From the NCBI GenBank assembly GCA_017516445.1, contig JAFXCZ010000008.1, positions 1,193-65,192 on the forward strand: 64,000 bases of DNA, read 5' to 3'. The notes under the pieces are model-generated. The model was given only the letters and a program-made list of their open reading frames with translations, ran no database searches and had not been told where the DNA came from. This document shows positions 33,868 through 43,671 of this stretch, piece by piece (positions within the stretch are counted from its first letter, which is position 1; the number at the start of each line of letters is the position of its first letter). This DNA comes from Clostridia bacterium. Lineage in GTDB: Bacteria > Bacillota > Clostridia > Oscillospirales > Acutalibacteraceae. A program made the position numbers and the translations under genes.

Positions 33868-34997
33868 TAGTCGTCTACTGCGATATCAATATCAATCGAC
33901 CTACGGGGACTTGCTACAGGCTCTGTGGGCATAATAACCTCATCATCATCCCCCACAGGTGCCTCCTTACTGGTGATAAGCGCCATAACCTTGTTTTCAA
34001 TTTCGGTTGCAAGCTCTATGTTATCCTCAAACAGCTTTTTAACATTATCTCTACCTTGGCCGAGTCTTATTTCGCCATAGTAGAACCACGCACCCGACTT
34101 TTTAATAACGCCTGTTTCTACACCCGCATCAACAATCTCACCCGAATGAGAAATACCAGTGCCGTACATAATATCAAACTCTGCAACCTTAAAGGGCGGT
34201 GCTACCTTGTTTTTAACAATCTTAGCCTTAGTATGAACACCGATAACATCACTGCCGTCTTTAATTACTTCACCCTTGCGAACATCAATACGGACAGAGG
34301 AATAGAACTTAAGCGCTCTACCGCCTGTTGTAACCTCAGGGTTACCATACATAACACCAATTTTTTCGCGTAACTGGTTAATAAAGATAGCCGCACAGTT
34401 AGTCTTTGACAATGCACCTGTTAATTTACGAAGTGCCTGTGACATAAGTCGCGCTAGCTGACCTACGTGGTTATCACCCATTTCGCCCTCAATTTCAGCC
34501 TTGGTAACCAAAGCCGCTACCGAGTCGATAACAATAATATCAATAGCGCCCGAGCGCACAAGGCTTTCGGCAATTTCCAAAGCCTGTTCGCCAGAATCGG
34601 GCTGAGAAACCAATAACGAATCAATATCAACACCGAGATTGGAGGCATATACAGGGTCTAATGCGTGCTCAACGTCGATAAATGCGGCAGTACCGCCTGC
34701 CTTTTGAGCCTCTGCAACGCAGTGAAGCGCAACAGTAGTTTTACCCGAAGATTCGGGGCCGTATATTTCAACAATTCTTCCCTTTGGAATACCGCCGATA
34801 CCCAAAGCCACGTCAAGTGTTAATGAGCCTGTTTTAATATGCTCAACATTCATTGCGGCATTCTCGCCAAGACGCATAACCGCACCCTTACCGAACTGCT
34901 TTTCAATCTGGTCAATGGCGGTTTTCAGTGCCTTTTGCTTTTCGCTTTCCTCGGTCACCTTAACCGCAGTTTTAACTTGTGAATTTTTGGAAGCCAT
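33867..34997 (-). CDS. recA: recombinase RecA
   Basis: Walker [10 protein letters not shown], plus [13 protein letters not shown] and the L1/L2 loop regions. Confidence 0.97.
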   Translation of the reverse strand: MASKNSQVKTAVKVTEESEKQKALKTAIDQIEKQFGKGAVMRLGENAAMNVEHIKTGSLTLDVALGIGGIPKGRIVEIYGPESSGKTTVALHCVAEAQKAGGTAAFIDVEHALDPVYASNLGVDIDSLLVSQPDSGEQALEIAESLVRSGAIDIIVIDSVAALVTKAEIEGEMGDNHVGQLARLMSQALRKLTGALSKTNCAAIFINQLREKIGVMYGNPEVTTGGRALKFYSSVRIDVRKGEVIKDGSDVIGVHTKAKIVKNKVAPPFKVAEFDIMYGTGISHSGEIVDAGVETGVIKKSGAWFYYGEIRLGQGRDNVKKLFEDNIELATEIENKVMALITSKEAPVGDDDEVIMPTEPVASPRRSIDIDIAVDD

Positions 34998-35010
34998 TTT
35001 TGTTACTCCT

Positions 35011-35853
35011 TTATTCTTTTATTGCAGTGACTACACGCTCTATCGAGTTCAAGTCTTTAGTTATATCTACATTTACAAAGCCTGCGTTTTTAAGAAGCTC
35101 TGCCACACACTTTGCCTCATTTATACCAACCTCAAAAGCCAGCATTCCGCCGTCTTTCAAGGAGCTTTTGTAATTTTCTATTATCGCCCTGTAAAAATCG
35201 AGCCCGTCCTCACCGCCTAAAAGCGCGGTTTCGGGCTCAAACTTAGTTTCAGGCGAGGTAATTGCCATTTCTTTTGGCGGTATGTAGGGCGGATTGCTTA
35301 CGATAAGGTCATAAGGCTGACCGCCCGCATCACCTTCAAAAATATCACCCATAACAGCTAATGTATTAAAAGCTGCGTTAAGCTCTATATTGCTGTCTAT
35401 ATACCGCTTTGCCTCAGGGTATTTTTCCAAAAGCACTACTGCACTATCGGGAAAATCCTTAGCTAAGGAAATACCAATGCAACCGCTCCCCGCACATAAG
35501 TCAAGTATTTTAGGCTCGGTTTTACCTTGCAAATACTCACAGCATTTTTCAACCAATATTTCGGTATCGCTTCGGGGGATAAGCACCCCTACGCCTACCT
35601 TGAATTTGTACTTGTAAAAATCCCACTCGCCCAAAATATACTGAAGCGGATACCTTATTTCACGCTGACGAAGTATTGCAGTTAGATTGTTTTGCTGAAA
35701 CTCGGTAAGCTCTTTTGTATACTCAGTAAGAATCTGACTGTTATTAAGCCCTGTAATATGCTTTATTATAATTTTCGCTTCGTAAACGCTGTCCTCTATG
35801 CCTGCCGCTTTAAGCTTTTGTTTTGTGTGATTGTATGCCTCAAATATTGTCAT
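35011..35853 (-). CDS. prmC: peptide chain release factor N5-glutamine methyltransferase
   Basis: NPPY motif (VSNPPYIP) and [10 protein letters not shown] motif I. ATG at 35853 is preferred over the track's GTG at 35886. Confidence 0.9.
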   Translation of the reverse strand: MTIFEAYNHTKQKLKAAGIEDSVYEAKIIIKHITGLNNSQILTEYTKELTEFQQNNLTAILRQREIRYPLQYILGEWDFYKYKFKVGVGVLIPRSDTEILVEKCCEYLQGKTEPKILDLCAGSGCIGISLAKDFPDSAVVLLEKYPEAKRYIDSNIELNAAFNTLAVMGDIFEGDAGGQPYDLIVSNPPYIPPKEMAITSPETKFEPETALLGGEDGLDFYRAIIENYKSSLKDGGMLAFEVGINEAKCVAELLKNAGFVNVDITKDLNSIERVVTAIKE

Positions 35854-36802
35854 TATTACGCTCCACATCGGGTACTTCAGGCTCACACGCCTTAAGTGCC
35901 GCTATAGCAATTTCTATCATACTGTCCTCGGGCTCTTTAGTAGTAAGCCTTTGCAGCCACATACCCGGTGCCGAAATTATACGGGTTATAACGTTATCGT
36001 ACCTACCGCAAATTTTAAGCACTTCATAACCCACGCCGCAGATAAGCGGTACCATTAAAATTTTAGCAACCACCCAAAGCCATTTTACTGTATAAACGCC
36101 AGGGAAAATGATTTGCACCAAGGTAGAAAATATAACGCTTATAAGTATCATAAGTATCATAAAAGAGGTGCCGCAACGCGGATGAAAGCGTTTTTGTATG
36201 CGAACATTTTCAACATTAAGCTCTAACCCTTTTTCATAGCAGAAAATGGTCTTATGCTCTGCCCCGTGGTACATAAATACGCGCTTTATATCCTTCATAA
36301 AGGATACTGCCCATACATAGCCCACAAAAACCGCAAGCTTTATAAACTGCTCAATGCCTGAGCGTAAAATTGGTGAAGTGATATTGGTCTTAGCCACCCA
36401 CTCAATACCCGAAACGCACAGGCGTGGAAGATACATAAAAAGCACTACCGCAAGCAACACGCCTAAAACTGCACCTATTACCATAACAACATTCAACAAA
36501 GCATTGTTATCCTTATTATCCTCTTTTTTGTCGGCTTCTTCCTCCAAATCGGCAAAGCCCGATTTATCCGCCGAAATCATAAGTGCCTTATAGCCTTGCA
36601 GCATTGACTCTACAAAGCCTACAACACCGCGGATAATAGGAAGTCTGAAAAATTTGCTTTTTTGTGAAAGTCTTTTTTCTTCCATATAGGAAGTATCAAT
36701 ACTGCCGTCAGGCAATCTGACACAAAGTGCGGTCTTTTCGGGGCTTTTCATTAAAATTCCCTCAATCAAAGCCTGACCGCCTATTGAAGTATACTTACCC
36801 AT
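35840..36802 (-). CDS. DUF1385 (YqhQ-like) membrane protein
   Basis: Motifs IGGQALIEGILMKSP and YHGAEHKTI. ATG at 36802 has AGGAG 6 nt upstream. It often precedes prmC in Firmicutes. Confidence 0.8.
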   Translation of the reverse strand: MGKYTSIGGQALIEGILMKSPEKTALCVRLPDGSIDTSYMEEKRLSQKSKFFRLPIIRGVVGFVESMLQGYKALMISADKSGFADLEEEADKKEDNKDNNALLNVVMVIGAVLGVLLAVVLFMYLPRLCVSGIEWVAKTNITSPILRSGIEQFIKLAVFVGYVWAVSFMKDIKRVFMYHGAEHKTIFCYEKGLELNVENVRIQKRFHPRCGTSFMILMILISVIFSTLVQIIFPGVYTVKWLWVVAKILMVPLICGVGYEVLKICGRYDNVITRIISAPGMWLQRLTTKEPEDSMIEIAIAALKACEPEVPDVERNNDNI

Positions 36803-38249
36803 TTTCTTCTCCTGTTTCAATTTCTTCTGTTATTTCTTCACTTATAGGCTCCTCAAAAATCGGAAGCACTACCGTAACGGTTGTTCCAACATTTTCGATA
36901 CTTTCAATAAATAAAAGTCCGTCATGCTGTTTTATTATTTCATCGGCTACGGCAAGACCTATACCCGAGCCGCGCACCGTTTTGTTTGCCTTATAAAATT
37001 TCTCTTTAACACGGTCTATATCCTCAGCAGGAATACCCACACCCGTATCCTTTACGGTTATACGCACACAGGCCTCCTCGGTATCGAGATTAACAAGCAC
37101 CTGACCGCCAGCCTCGGTATATTTAACGGCGTTATCAATAACGTTAATAAATACCTGCTTTAATCGGTTTTTATCGCCCAGAACCTTGATTTCTTCCGCA
37201 GCGGCTGTCAGCACAAGCTCAATTTCCTGTTTCTTGGCAAGCTCTTTATACATATCCGCCGATTCTCTTAAAATTAAAGCGACATCCATAGGCTGTGATA
37301 CCAGTGAAAGTCTGCCCGTTTGCATACGCGAAAAATCAAGCAGCTCTTCTACAAGGCTTGATAAACGGTCAGCCTCAGAAAGCACTACGTCAAGTCCGCG
37401 GTCTACAAGCTCAGGATCGGTGCCGAGCGACATTTTAGCCGTTTCACCCCAACCGCGAATAGCCGTAAGCGGTGTGCGTAATTCGTGCGAAACCGAAGAA
37501 ATAAAATCATTCTTTATATTTTCAGAATTGCTAAGCTCGGACGCCATATAATTTATCGCATCGCAAAGCTCACCGATTTCATCATCCTTTTTTATCTCAA
37601 TACGTGCATCAAAATTACCCATAGCAATAGTTCTTGCAATATTACTTACGTCACGTATCGGGTTTACAATCGACTTAACAAAAAACAGTCCCGTAACACC
37701 TGTTATAACAAGGATAACCGCACAAATCAGAACTACTATAGCTATTACGTAACCGATAAAGGTATTGGTGCCTGTCATAGAAGTAATCCAACGGTATGCG
37801 CCCAATTCCTGACCGTCCTCGCTATATATCATCACAGTACCTGCCATTATAGACTCTCTTGTACTGCTTTTACCTCTGTAAACCTCAAATTTCTTTGTTT
37901 GCTTTGCCTTTAAATAATCAGGCATCTCACCTACATCGGCAGAAAAGCCTGTTGTGGATACAAAAACATCGCCAAACCTGTCAATAACCTGTACTTCAAT
38001 TTTATCCTTATGCTTGAAATTGCCCGCTATCGATATGGCGGCATCCTTAAAGGTAATAACATTTGTACTGCTAAGTGCCGAAAACTCTTCGGAATAATCT
38101 ATAGCCAATGCCTCGATTTTCTCGGCGTAAAGCGAGCTGTAAAGTGAAGAAAAAGCAACCGCCGCAATACACACAGCCGCAGCTATTACAAGAAAAATAT
38201 TAAAAAACCATTTGTAAGTAATGCTTTTAAACTTAATATCCAGACGCAC
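36795..38249 (-). CDS. sensor histidine kinase (2 TM, HAMP, HisKA, HATPase_c)
   Basis: H-box SHELRTPLTAI, N-box NVIDNAVKY, G1 DTGVGI and G2 GSGIGL. Confidence 0.85.
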   Translation of the reverse strand: MRLDIKFKSITYKWFFNIFLVIAAAVCIAAVAFSSLYSSLYAEKIEALAIDYSEEFSALSSTNVITFKDAAISIAGNFKHKDKIEVQVIDRFGDVFVSTTGFSADVGEMPDYLKAKQTKKFEVYRGKSSTRESIMAGTVMIYSEDGQELGAYRWITSMTGTNTFIGYVIAIVVLICAVILVITGVTGLFFVKSIVNPIRDVSNIARTIAMGNFDARIEIKKDDEIGELCDAINYMASELSNSENIKNDFISSVSHELRTPLTAIRGWGETAKMSLGTDPELVDRGLDVVLSEADRLSSLVEELLDFSRMQTGRLSLVSQPMDVALILRESADMYKELAKKQEIELVLTAAAEEIKVLGDKNRLKQVFINVIDNAVKYTEAGGQVLVNLDTEEACVRITVKDTGVGIPAEDIDRVKEKFYKANKTVRGSGIGLAVADEIIKQHDGLLFIESIENVGTTVTVVLPIFEEPISEEITEEIETGEENG

Positions 38250-38282
38250 GGTTACCTCTCCTTTCTCAGTTTTAAAATAATT

Positions 38283-38987
38283 TTATCTTGTGCTCCACTT
38301 GTAACCCATACCCCAAACAGTAAGAAGTCTTTGTGGGTTAGACGGGTCATCCTCAACCTTCATACGAAGACGCCTTACATTAACGTCAACAATTTTTTCT
38401 TCACCGAAGTAATTACTACCCCATACCTTATTGAGAATATCAGTTCTGCCAAGGGCTACATCGGGGTTTGAGAAGAAATATTCCACCATCTGAAATTCAA
38501 CCTGTGTAAGCTCAATATTAACACCGTTTTTAAGCAAGGTTCTCTTACGCAGATTAAGTGTAAACTCACCCAAGGTAATATCGTCCGAAACAGCGGGAGC
38601 GGTTTGCGGAACATACATTTCAACACGGCGATAAAGCGAATCAACACGCGCAAGCAGCTCTGTCGGACTGAAAGGCTTTGTAATATAGTCATCCGCACCG
38701 AGCATAAGACCGCTGATTTTATCCATTTCCTGTGTGCGTGCGGTAAGCATAATAATACCTAAGGTTTCGCTTCTCTTTCTCAATTCCTTACAAAGAGTGA
38801 AGCCGTCCATACCCGGCATTGAAATATCCAAAAGTGCTATATCAAAGCCCTCGGCATCGTTATCGTAAATATCAAGTGCTTCTTCACCTGAGCCTGCCTC
38901 TACAACAGTGTAGCCTACCCTTTTTAAATTGATTGCCTCAAACTCGCGGATTGCAACCTCATCCTCCGCTATTAAAATACGTTTCAA
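38283..38987 (-). CDS. OmpR-family response regulator
   Basis: Receiver domain with ILIAEDE..LLDISMPGMDG..; winged-helix C-terminus ending LLTVWGMGYKW. Confidence 0.9.
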   Translation of the reverse strand: MKRILIAEDEVAIREFEAINLKRVGYTVVEAGSGEEALDIYDNDAEGFDIALLDISMPGMDGFTLCKELRKRSETLGIIMLTARTQEMDKISGLMLGADDYITKPFSPTELLARVDSLYRRVEMYVPQTAPAVSDDITLGEFTLNLRKRTLLKNGVNIELTQVEFQMVEYFFSNPDVALGRTDILNKVWGSNYFGEEKIVDVNVRRLRMKVEDDPSNPQRLLTVWGMGYKWSTR

Positions 38988-38993
38988 TTACTC

Positions 38994-40319
38994 TCACTCC
39001 TGTACATATATTCCAAAGCTTTCTTTCACTTTATCGAGCGTTATTCCCGAATCGGTTGCAGTTTTAGAAATTCTGCAAGCAATTACCGAGTCTTCGTTTT
39101 CGCCGATTTTTATAAGTCCCAGCGCATCATAAACGCCCTTTTCCCAGTCTTTTTTGTTTATTGCTCTTATATAAAGCAGGCTTGAGCCTACCGTCATTTC
39201 CTCTGTATCGTATTTATAAATTTCTCTTATACGGTTATCGGTGTCCTTCAAAATTGCGATATTGCCAACCCAGCTTGCAGGAAGATTATAATAATATCCG
39301 TCAAGCACATTTATCATTGAAGTAACCTGTGTGGTTAAAATTTCACCGTTAAAGGAGCACCAGTTTGTAAGGTAAAGCTTTTCTGCAACCTCGCTCTTTG
39401 AAACTGAGGGCACATTAAGCTGAACAGGTATTTCCAACACACCGTCGCCGTTAAAGTCCCTAGTGTTAAAGCTTACCGAACGCAAGGTTAGTGAGGTTTC
39501 GGTGGTCTGCTCATCATAAAGCGGATTTAAAAGCTTGCCCTTTTCGTAAATAAGCACCTCGGTTATAGCACCTATTCCCTTTACCGAATCAATGTAAACC
39601 GCTTTTTTGCCCGAAGAAAGCTCAGAAACGATAGGATGCCCGAAGGACTGCACCTTGCTGTCAAGCGCGCATCTGCCAATTAAGACAACACCCGTATCCA
39701 AAAGACCGTAAAGCGATGCCGTATTTTGTGCTTTGTTTGCATCAGCATCAATTATCAGTATTTCGGTTGTCTTATTATTATCGTCAAGGTTACAGGTGAC
39801 AAAATGAGTGTATTTATTAAGCATTCTCTGGCTTAAAGTGTTTCCCTTAAAGCTATAAACCGCCAGCTGCATCTCACTGGTGCCGTAAATTTGCCAGCCT
39901 ACCAGAATTTCACTTATTCCGTCTTGGTCCAAATCGCAAAAATCAACCCTGTGCACACCTGCCGCTACGATTGACTGCTTTCCTGCAGACTTCCAACCGT
40001 CAGCACCGTACGACACAACGTTTATGCTCATAGTTACAACTTCACCGTCGGTTATGCTATAAAAAGCAAAAGCCTCATTTGTGCCGTTGCCGTCTATATC
40101 CTTTTGCACCACTGCCGAGCGGTATTCACCGCTTTGCGGATACTGAAGCTTATAATTATCCCCTGCGCTGTCAGCTATCGCCTTGGAAATATCTTTTAAG
40201 TCATCTGAAAGGGCTGGCGGAGATAACAGCTCTGCAATATCTATTGTAAAAAAATCACAGCCGCACAGGCAGAACATCAACAAAAATGCAAAAATCATAA
40301 GTAACAATTTTTTAAACAT
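38994..40319 (-). CDS. lipoprotein with FG-GAP/VCBS-like calcium-binding repeats
   Basis: Lipobox LMFCLCGC after ATG 40319 (AAAGGAG SD). Repeats are DIDGNGTNE, DLDQDGISE and DFNGDGVLE. Confidence 0.6.
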   Translation of the reverse strand: MFKKLLLMIFAFLLMFCLCGCDFFTIDIAELLSPPALSDDLKDISKAIADSAGDNYKLQYPQSGEYRSAVVQKDIDGNGTNEAFAFYSITDGEVVTMSINVVSYGADGWKSAGKQSIVAAGVHRVDFCDLDQDGISEILVGWQIYGTSEMQLAVYSFKGNTLSQRMLNKYTHFVTCNLDDNNKTTEILIIDADANKAQNTASLYGLLDTGVVLIGRCALDSKVQSFGHPIVSELSSGKKAVYIDSVKGIGAITEVLIYEKGKLLNPLYDEQTTETSLTLRSVSFNTRDFNGDGVLEIPVQLNVPSVSKSEVAEKLYLTNWCSFNGEILTTQVTSMINVLDGYYYNLPASWVGNIAILKDTDNRIREIYKYDTEEMTVGSSLLYIRAINKKDWEKGVYDALGLIKIGENEDSVIACRISKTATDSGITLDKVKESFGIYVQE

Positions 40320-40422
40320 AAACACCGCTCCTTTCAGTACATAAATATTCATTATAGATTATAACATATATATTATAAAAAATAAAGTTTTTTATTATAA
40401 AAAATAAAAATTTTGACTTTTC

Positions 40423-40451
40423 TTGACATCCTTGCTTTAAGGTGGTAAAAT
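40423..40451 (+). promoter_or_regulatory. consensus sigma-A promoter for rny
   Basis: TTGACA (40423-40428), 17-nt spacer, TGG-TAAAAT (40446-40451). Confidence 0.6.
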
Positions 40452-40613
40452 GTAGTGGATAATGACCTTGTTTTTTAGGTTATAACTTTGTTTTTTTGTA
40501 GGTTTTGGCGAACTGCATTTAATGCAAAGTAATCATATTCTCGGGAGGTAAATGCACGGCTCCCGTCTTTTAAAAAGAAAAATTCCGTGTTTATTATATA
40601 GGAGGTGCATTTT

Positions 40614-42158
40614 ATGCTACCATACATCATTATGGGTGTTGTAGCTGTTGTGCTTGCCGTTATAGGCTTTGCAGTAGGCTCGGCTTACCGCCGCAAGTCT
40701 GCAGAAGCCACTATAGGCTCCGCCGAAGACGAAGCAAGACGCATCTTAAACGACGCCATAAAAAATGCTGAACAAAAGAAAAAAGAAGCTTTATTAGAAG
40801 CAAAAGACGAAATTCACACACTGCGTCAGGAAACCGAAAAGGACCTGCGTGAACGCCGTTCCGAAGTACAGCGTCAAGAGCACAGACTTCAGCAAAAGGA
40901 AGAAACTCTTGACCGCAAGATAGACAATCTCGAAGCTAAGGAAGAAAAGCTTTCTCAGCGTTCTAAAGAGATTGATGCACGTATTGAGGAATGTGACCGT
41001 ATTAAACAAAGCCAGATGGATTTGCTTGAAAAGATATCGGGCTTTACCAAAGAACAGGCAAAGGCTCACCTCTTACAGCTGCTCGATGATGAGTTAGTTC
41101 ATCAAAAGGCTGTAAAAATTATGGAGCATGAGCAGCATACCAAAGAAGAGTGCGACCGTATTGCCAAAAACATTATCTGCCACGCTATTCAGCGTTGCGC
41201 TGCCGACCACTCGGCTGATTTAACCGTTTCGGTTGTAGCGCTTCCTAACGATGAAATGAAGGGCAGAATTATCGGACGCGAGGGTAGAAATATCCGCGCA
41301 CTCGAAACCGCTACAGGTGTTGACCTTATTATAGACGACACACCTGAAGCTATCACCGTTTCAAGCTTTGACCCTGTAAGACGTGAAATTGCACGTGTTT
41401 GCCTTGAAAAGCTTATTCTTGACGGACGTATCCACCCCGCAAGAATTGAGGAAAGCGTTGCAAAGGCTACTGCAGAGGTTAATACAACTATTAAAGAAAC
41501 AGGTGAACGTGCTGTTATTGATGCAGGCGTTCCGAACATCCACCCAGAGCTTGTTAAGCTTTTAGGTAAATTAAAATACCGTACAAGCTATGGACAGAAT
41601 GTGCTTAACCACTCACTTGAGGTTTGCTACCTTTCAGGTCTTTTAGCGGCAGAGCTCGGTGCTGATATTACCCTTGCAAAGCGTGCGGGACTTTTACACG
41701 ACATCGGTAAAGCCTTAGACCACGAGCAAGAGGGTACACACATTCAGTTGGGTGTTGAAGCGGCTAAAAAATACCGCGAAAGCGAAACTGTTGTTCACGC
41801 AATTCACGCTCATCACGGTGAAGTTGAGGCTAAAACACTTATCGCTTGTATCGTTCAGGCTGCTGATGCTATTTCTGCTGCGCGCCCAGGTGCACGCCGT
41901 GAGAACATTGAAAGCTACATTAAGAGACTCGAAAAGTTGGAGGAAATCGCCAATTCCTTTAACGGTGTTGAGGGCTCATTTGCAATTCAGGCAGGTCGCG
42001 AAATCCGCATAATCGTTAAACCCGAGGTTGTAACAGAAGACCAAATGGTACTTATGTCACACCAGATTGCCGAAAGAATCGAGAACGAGCTCGAATATCC
42101 GGGTCAAATCAAGGTTAACGTTATCCGCGAAAGCCGCGCTGTTGACTATGCAAAATAA
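40614..42158 (+). CDS. rny: ribonuclease Y
   Basis: N-terminal TM helix, coiled-coil, KH domain ([15 protein letters not shown]) and HD domain (LLHDIGKA). ATG at 40614 follows AGGAGG (40600-40605). Confidence 0.95.
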   Translation: MLPYIIMGVVAVVLAVIGFAVGSAYRRKSAEATIGSAEDEARRILNDAIKNAEQKKKEALLEAKDEIHTLRQETEKDLRERRSEVQRQEHRLQQKEETLDRKIDNLEAKEEKLSQRSKEIDARIEECDRIKQSQMDLLEKISGFTKEQAKAHLLQLLDDELVHQKAVKIMEHEQHTKEECDRIAKNIICHAIQRCAADHSADLTVSVVALPNDEMKGRIIGREGRNIRALETATGVDLIIDDTPEAITVSSFDPVRREIARVCLEKLILDGRIHPARIEESVAKATAEVNTTIKETGERAVIDAGVPNIHPELVKLLGKLKYRTSYGQNVLNHSLEVCYLSGLLAAELGADITLAKRAGLLHDIGKALDHEQEGTHIQLGVEAAKKYRESETVVHAIHAHHGEVEAKTLIACIVQAADAISAARPGARRENIESYIKRLEKLEEIANSFNGVEGSFAIQAGREIRIIVKPEVVTEDQMVLMSHQIAERIENELEYPGQIKVNVIRESRAVDYAK

Positions 42159-42168
42159 TTAAAAAATA

Positions 42169-42200
42169 CGCCTTGCAGAAAATTCTGCAAGGCGATTTTT
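42169..42200. terminator. bidirectional terminator
   Basis: CGCCTTGCAGAA / TTCTGCAAGGCG followed by ATTTTT. Confidence 0.7.
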
Positions 42201-42202
42201 AT

Positions 42203-43561
42203 TTATATTTTACTCCAATCTCTGAACAATACAATAGGTTTGCTATCGTTATACCAAACATCCTGCACAGTCACTGACACCTTATAAATATTGCTGTATC
42301 TATAAGGTAACTGGGCAGTAAGATAATCGGTATCAAATTCCTCCGCTTGCGGATAGCAGTAAAGTGAAGAAAGCTTAAAGAACGAAACGTAACCCAAAAT
42401 ATCCTGCACAACGATATGATACCTAAAGGCTTTATCGCCATTTACTGTAGGCTTTGGAATTGTAATTTTCGTTACCTTTTCTTCTATTTCTTCAAGTTTT
42501 ATTTTAGCATCATCGGCAAATTGCGGTACGCGTGCGGTTTCGCGCCTGTCGTGTCCGTAAAGCTTTAAATGGCTTTTATCGGGCTTGGGTGCAAAAATTT
42601 CCCAAGGCTCAAGCGTTCTTCTATTAGCATAATCAAGTCTGCCTATACGAAGATTGCCCTCCTCGTCAACCTCCATAAGCAAGCCTTCAGATGCGGTATA
42701 TTTTATAGCACCTGTCATATTAAGCATCTCACCGTAATCCCAACAAGGTGCGATATAGCTTACACAAGCAGCTTCTACAGAAGTGTAGCCTGTCTGCATT
42801 ATAGCTTTATCGTTATCAATTGGTGTATGAGTATGTCCTGTTATAAGCACTACCTGTGGATAATTTTCAAGAAGTCTGCCAATTTGGAATGCCGCTTCGG
42901 GCGGTTGTCTATCAGAAGCAAGCAGGGTACGTGGAGTTTTATAATGCCACACCACAAAAACAAACTTATCCGGCTCTTTAGTAGTTATCTCATCAAGGTT
43001 TTTCTTTAAAAACTCAACCGTTTCAGTAGCATCGGTAACAACATCAATGCAAAGGAAATGGTAGCCCTTGCATACGCAATGGCGCATTCCCTTTGTCATA
43101 GAATCCAAATCCAAATCGGTGCGGTACATACGCTGGGCATTTTTACCGTCGCCCGACTCATAAAGGGACGAAAACTCAGTTATGTAGCGGTCAATATTAT
43201 TACAATCAATGCTATCGTGATTACCGAGCGCATAGATAATTTCAGCCTCGGGCTCAATTTCCTCTCTAAAAATTCGGCGCCAAGTAGAAAACTCACGGTC
43301 GGACTGCTCTTTAAAAGCCTTGTCATAGTCAGTCCCCCATTTTTCGCCTAAAAGTACATTTGGCGGCGAGTTCATACAGTCCCCAAAGTCACCCGCAAAA
43401 ACATACGCGTCAATAGGATTTTTCGCGCTTTGTCTTGCAAAGTTCAATGCCTTAACCATTTTTTCTTCGCTTTCGGGCGCATACCAACTACCGCTTATGT
43501 GCATATCGGTCATAACGCTCAACGTAAGTGCGATTTTTTCGGGGTTGAATTTTCCGCTCAT
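42203..43561 (-). CDS. metallophosphoesterase (calcineurin-like) with a C-terminal beta-rich domain
   Basis: Motifs TDMHISG, GDFGD, GNHD and GHTH. Confidence 0.8.
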   Translation of the reverse strand: MSGKFNPEKIALTLSVMTDMHISGSWYAPESEEKMVKALNFARQSAKNPIDAYVFAGDFGDCMNSPPNVLLGEKWGTDYDKAFKEQSDREFSTWRRIFREEIEPEAEIIYALGNHDSIDCNNIDRYITEFSSLYESGDGKNAQRMYRTDLDLDSMTKGMRHCVCKGYHFLCIDVVTDATETVEFLKKNLDEITTKEPDKFVFVVWHYKTPRTLLASDRQPPEAAFQIGRLLENYPQVVLITGHTHTPIDNDKAIMQTGYTSVEAACVSYIAPCWDYGEMLNMTGAIKYTASEGLLMEVDEEGNLRIGRLDYANRRTLEPWEIFAPKPDKSHLKLYGHDRRETARVPQFADDAKIKLEEIEEKVTKITIPKPTVNGDKAFRYHIVVQDILGYVSFFKLSSLYCYPQAEEFDTDYLTAQLPYRYSNIYKVSVTVQDVWYNDSKPIVLFRDWSKI

Positions 43562-43671
43562 AGTAAAACCTCTTTTCTATTTAGTGTTTATATCTCGTTC
43601 CCGCAAGGAAACGTATCGAGTGCGCTAGCACATATCTAATCCGTAGATATATAGAAAATCTTGCAAAAGAT

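Noticed and set aside
40553-40650. Upstream ORF (ATG 40553, about 30 codons) in the rny leader overlapping the rny start
   Set aside because: The GGAGG lies only 3 nt from that ATG. The ATG is inside the loop of the leader hairpin, and the peptide has no features. The RNA-pairing explanation fits the sequence better.
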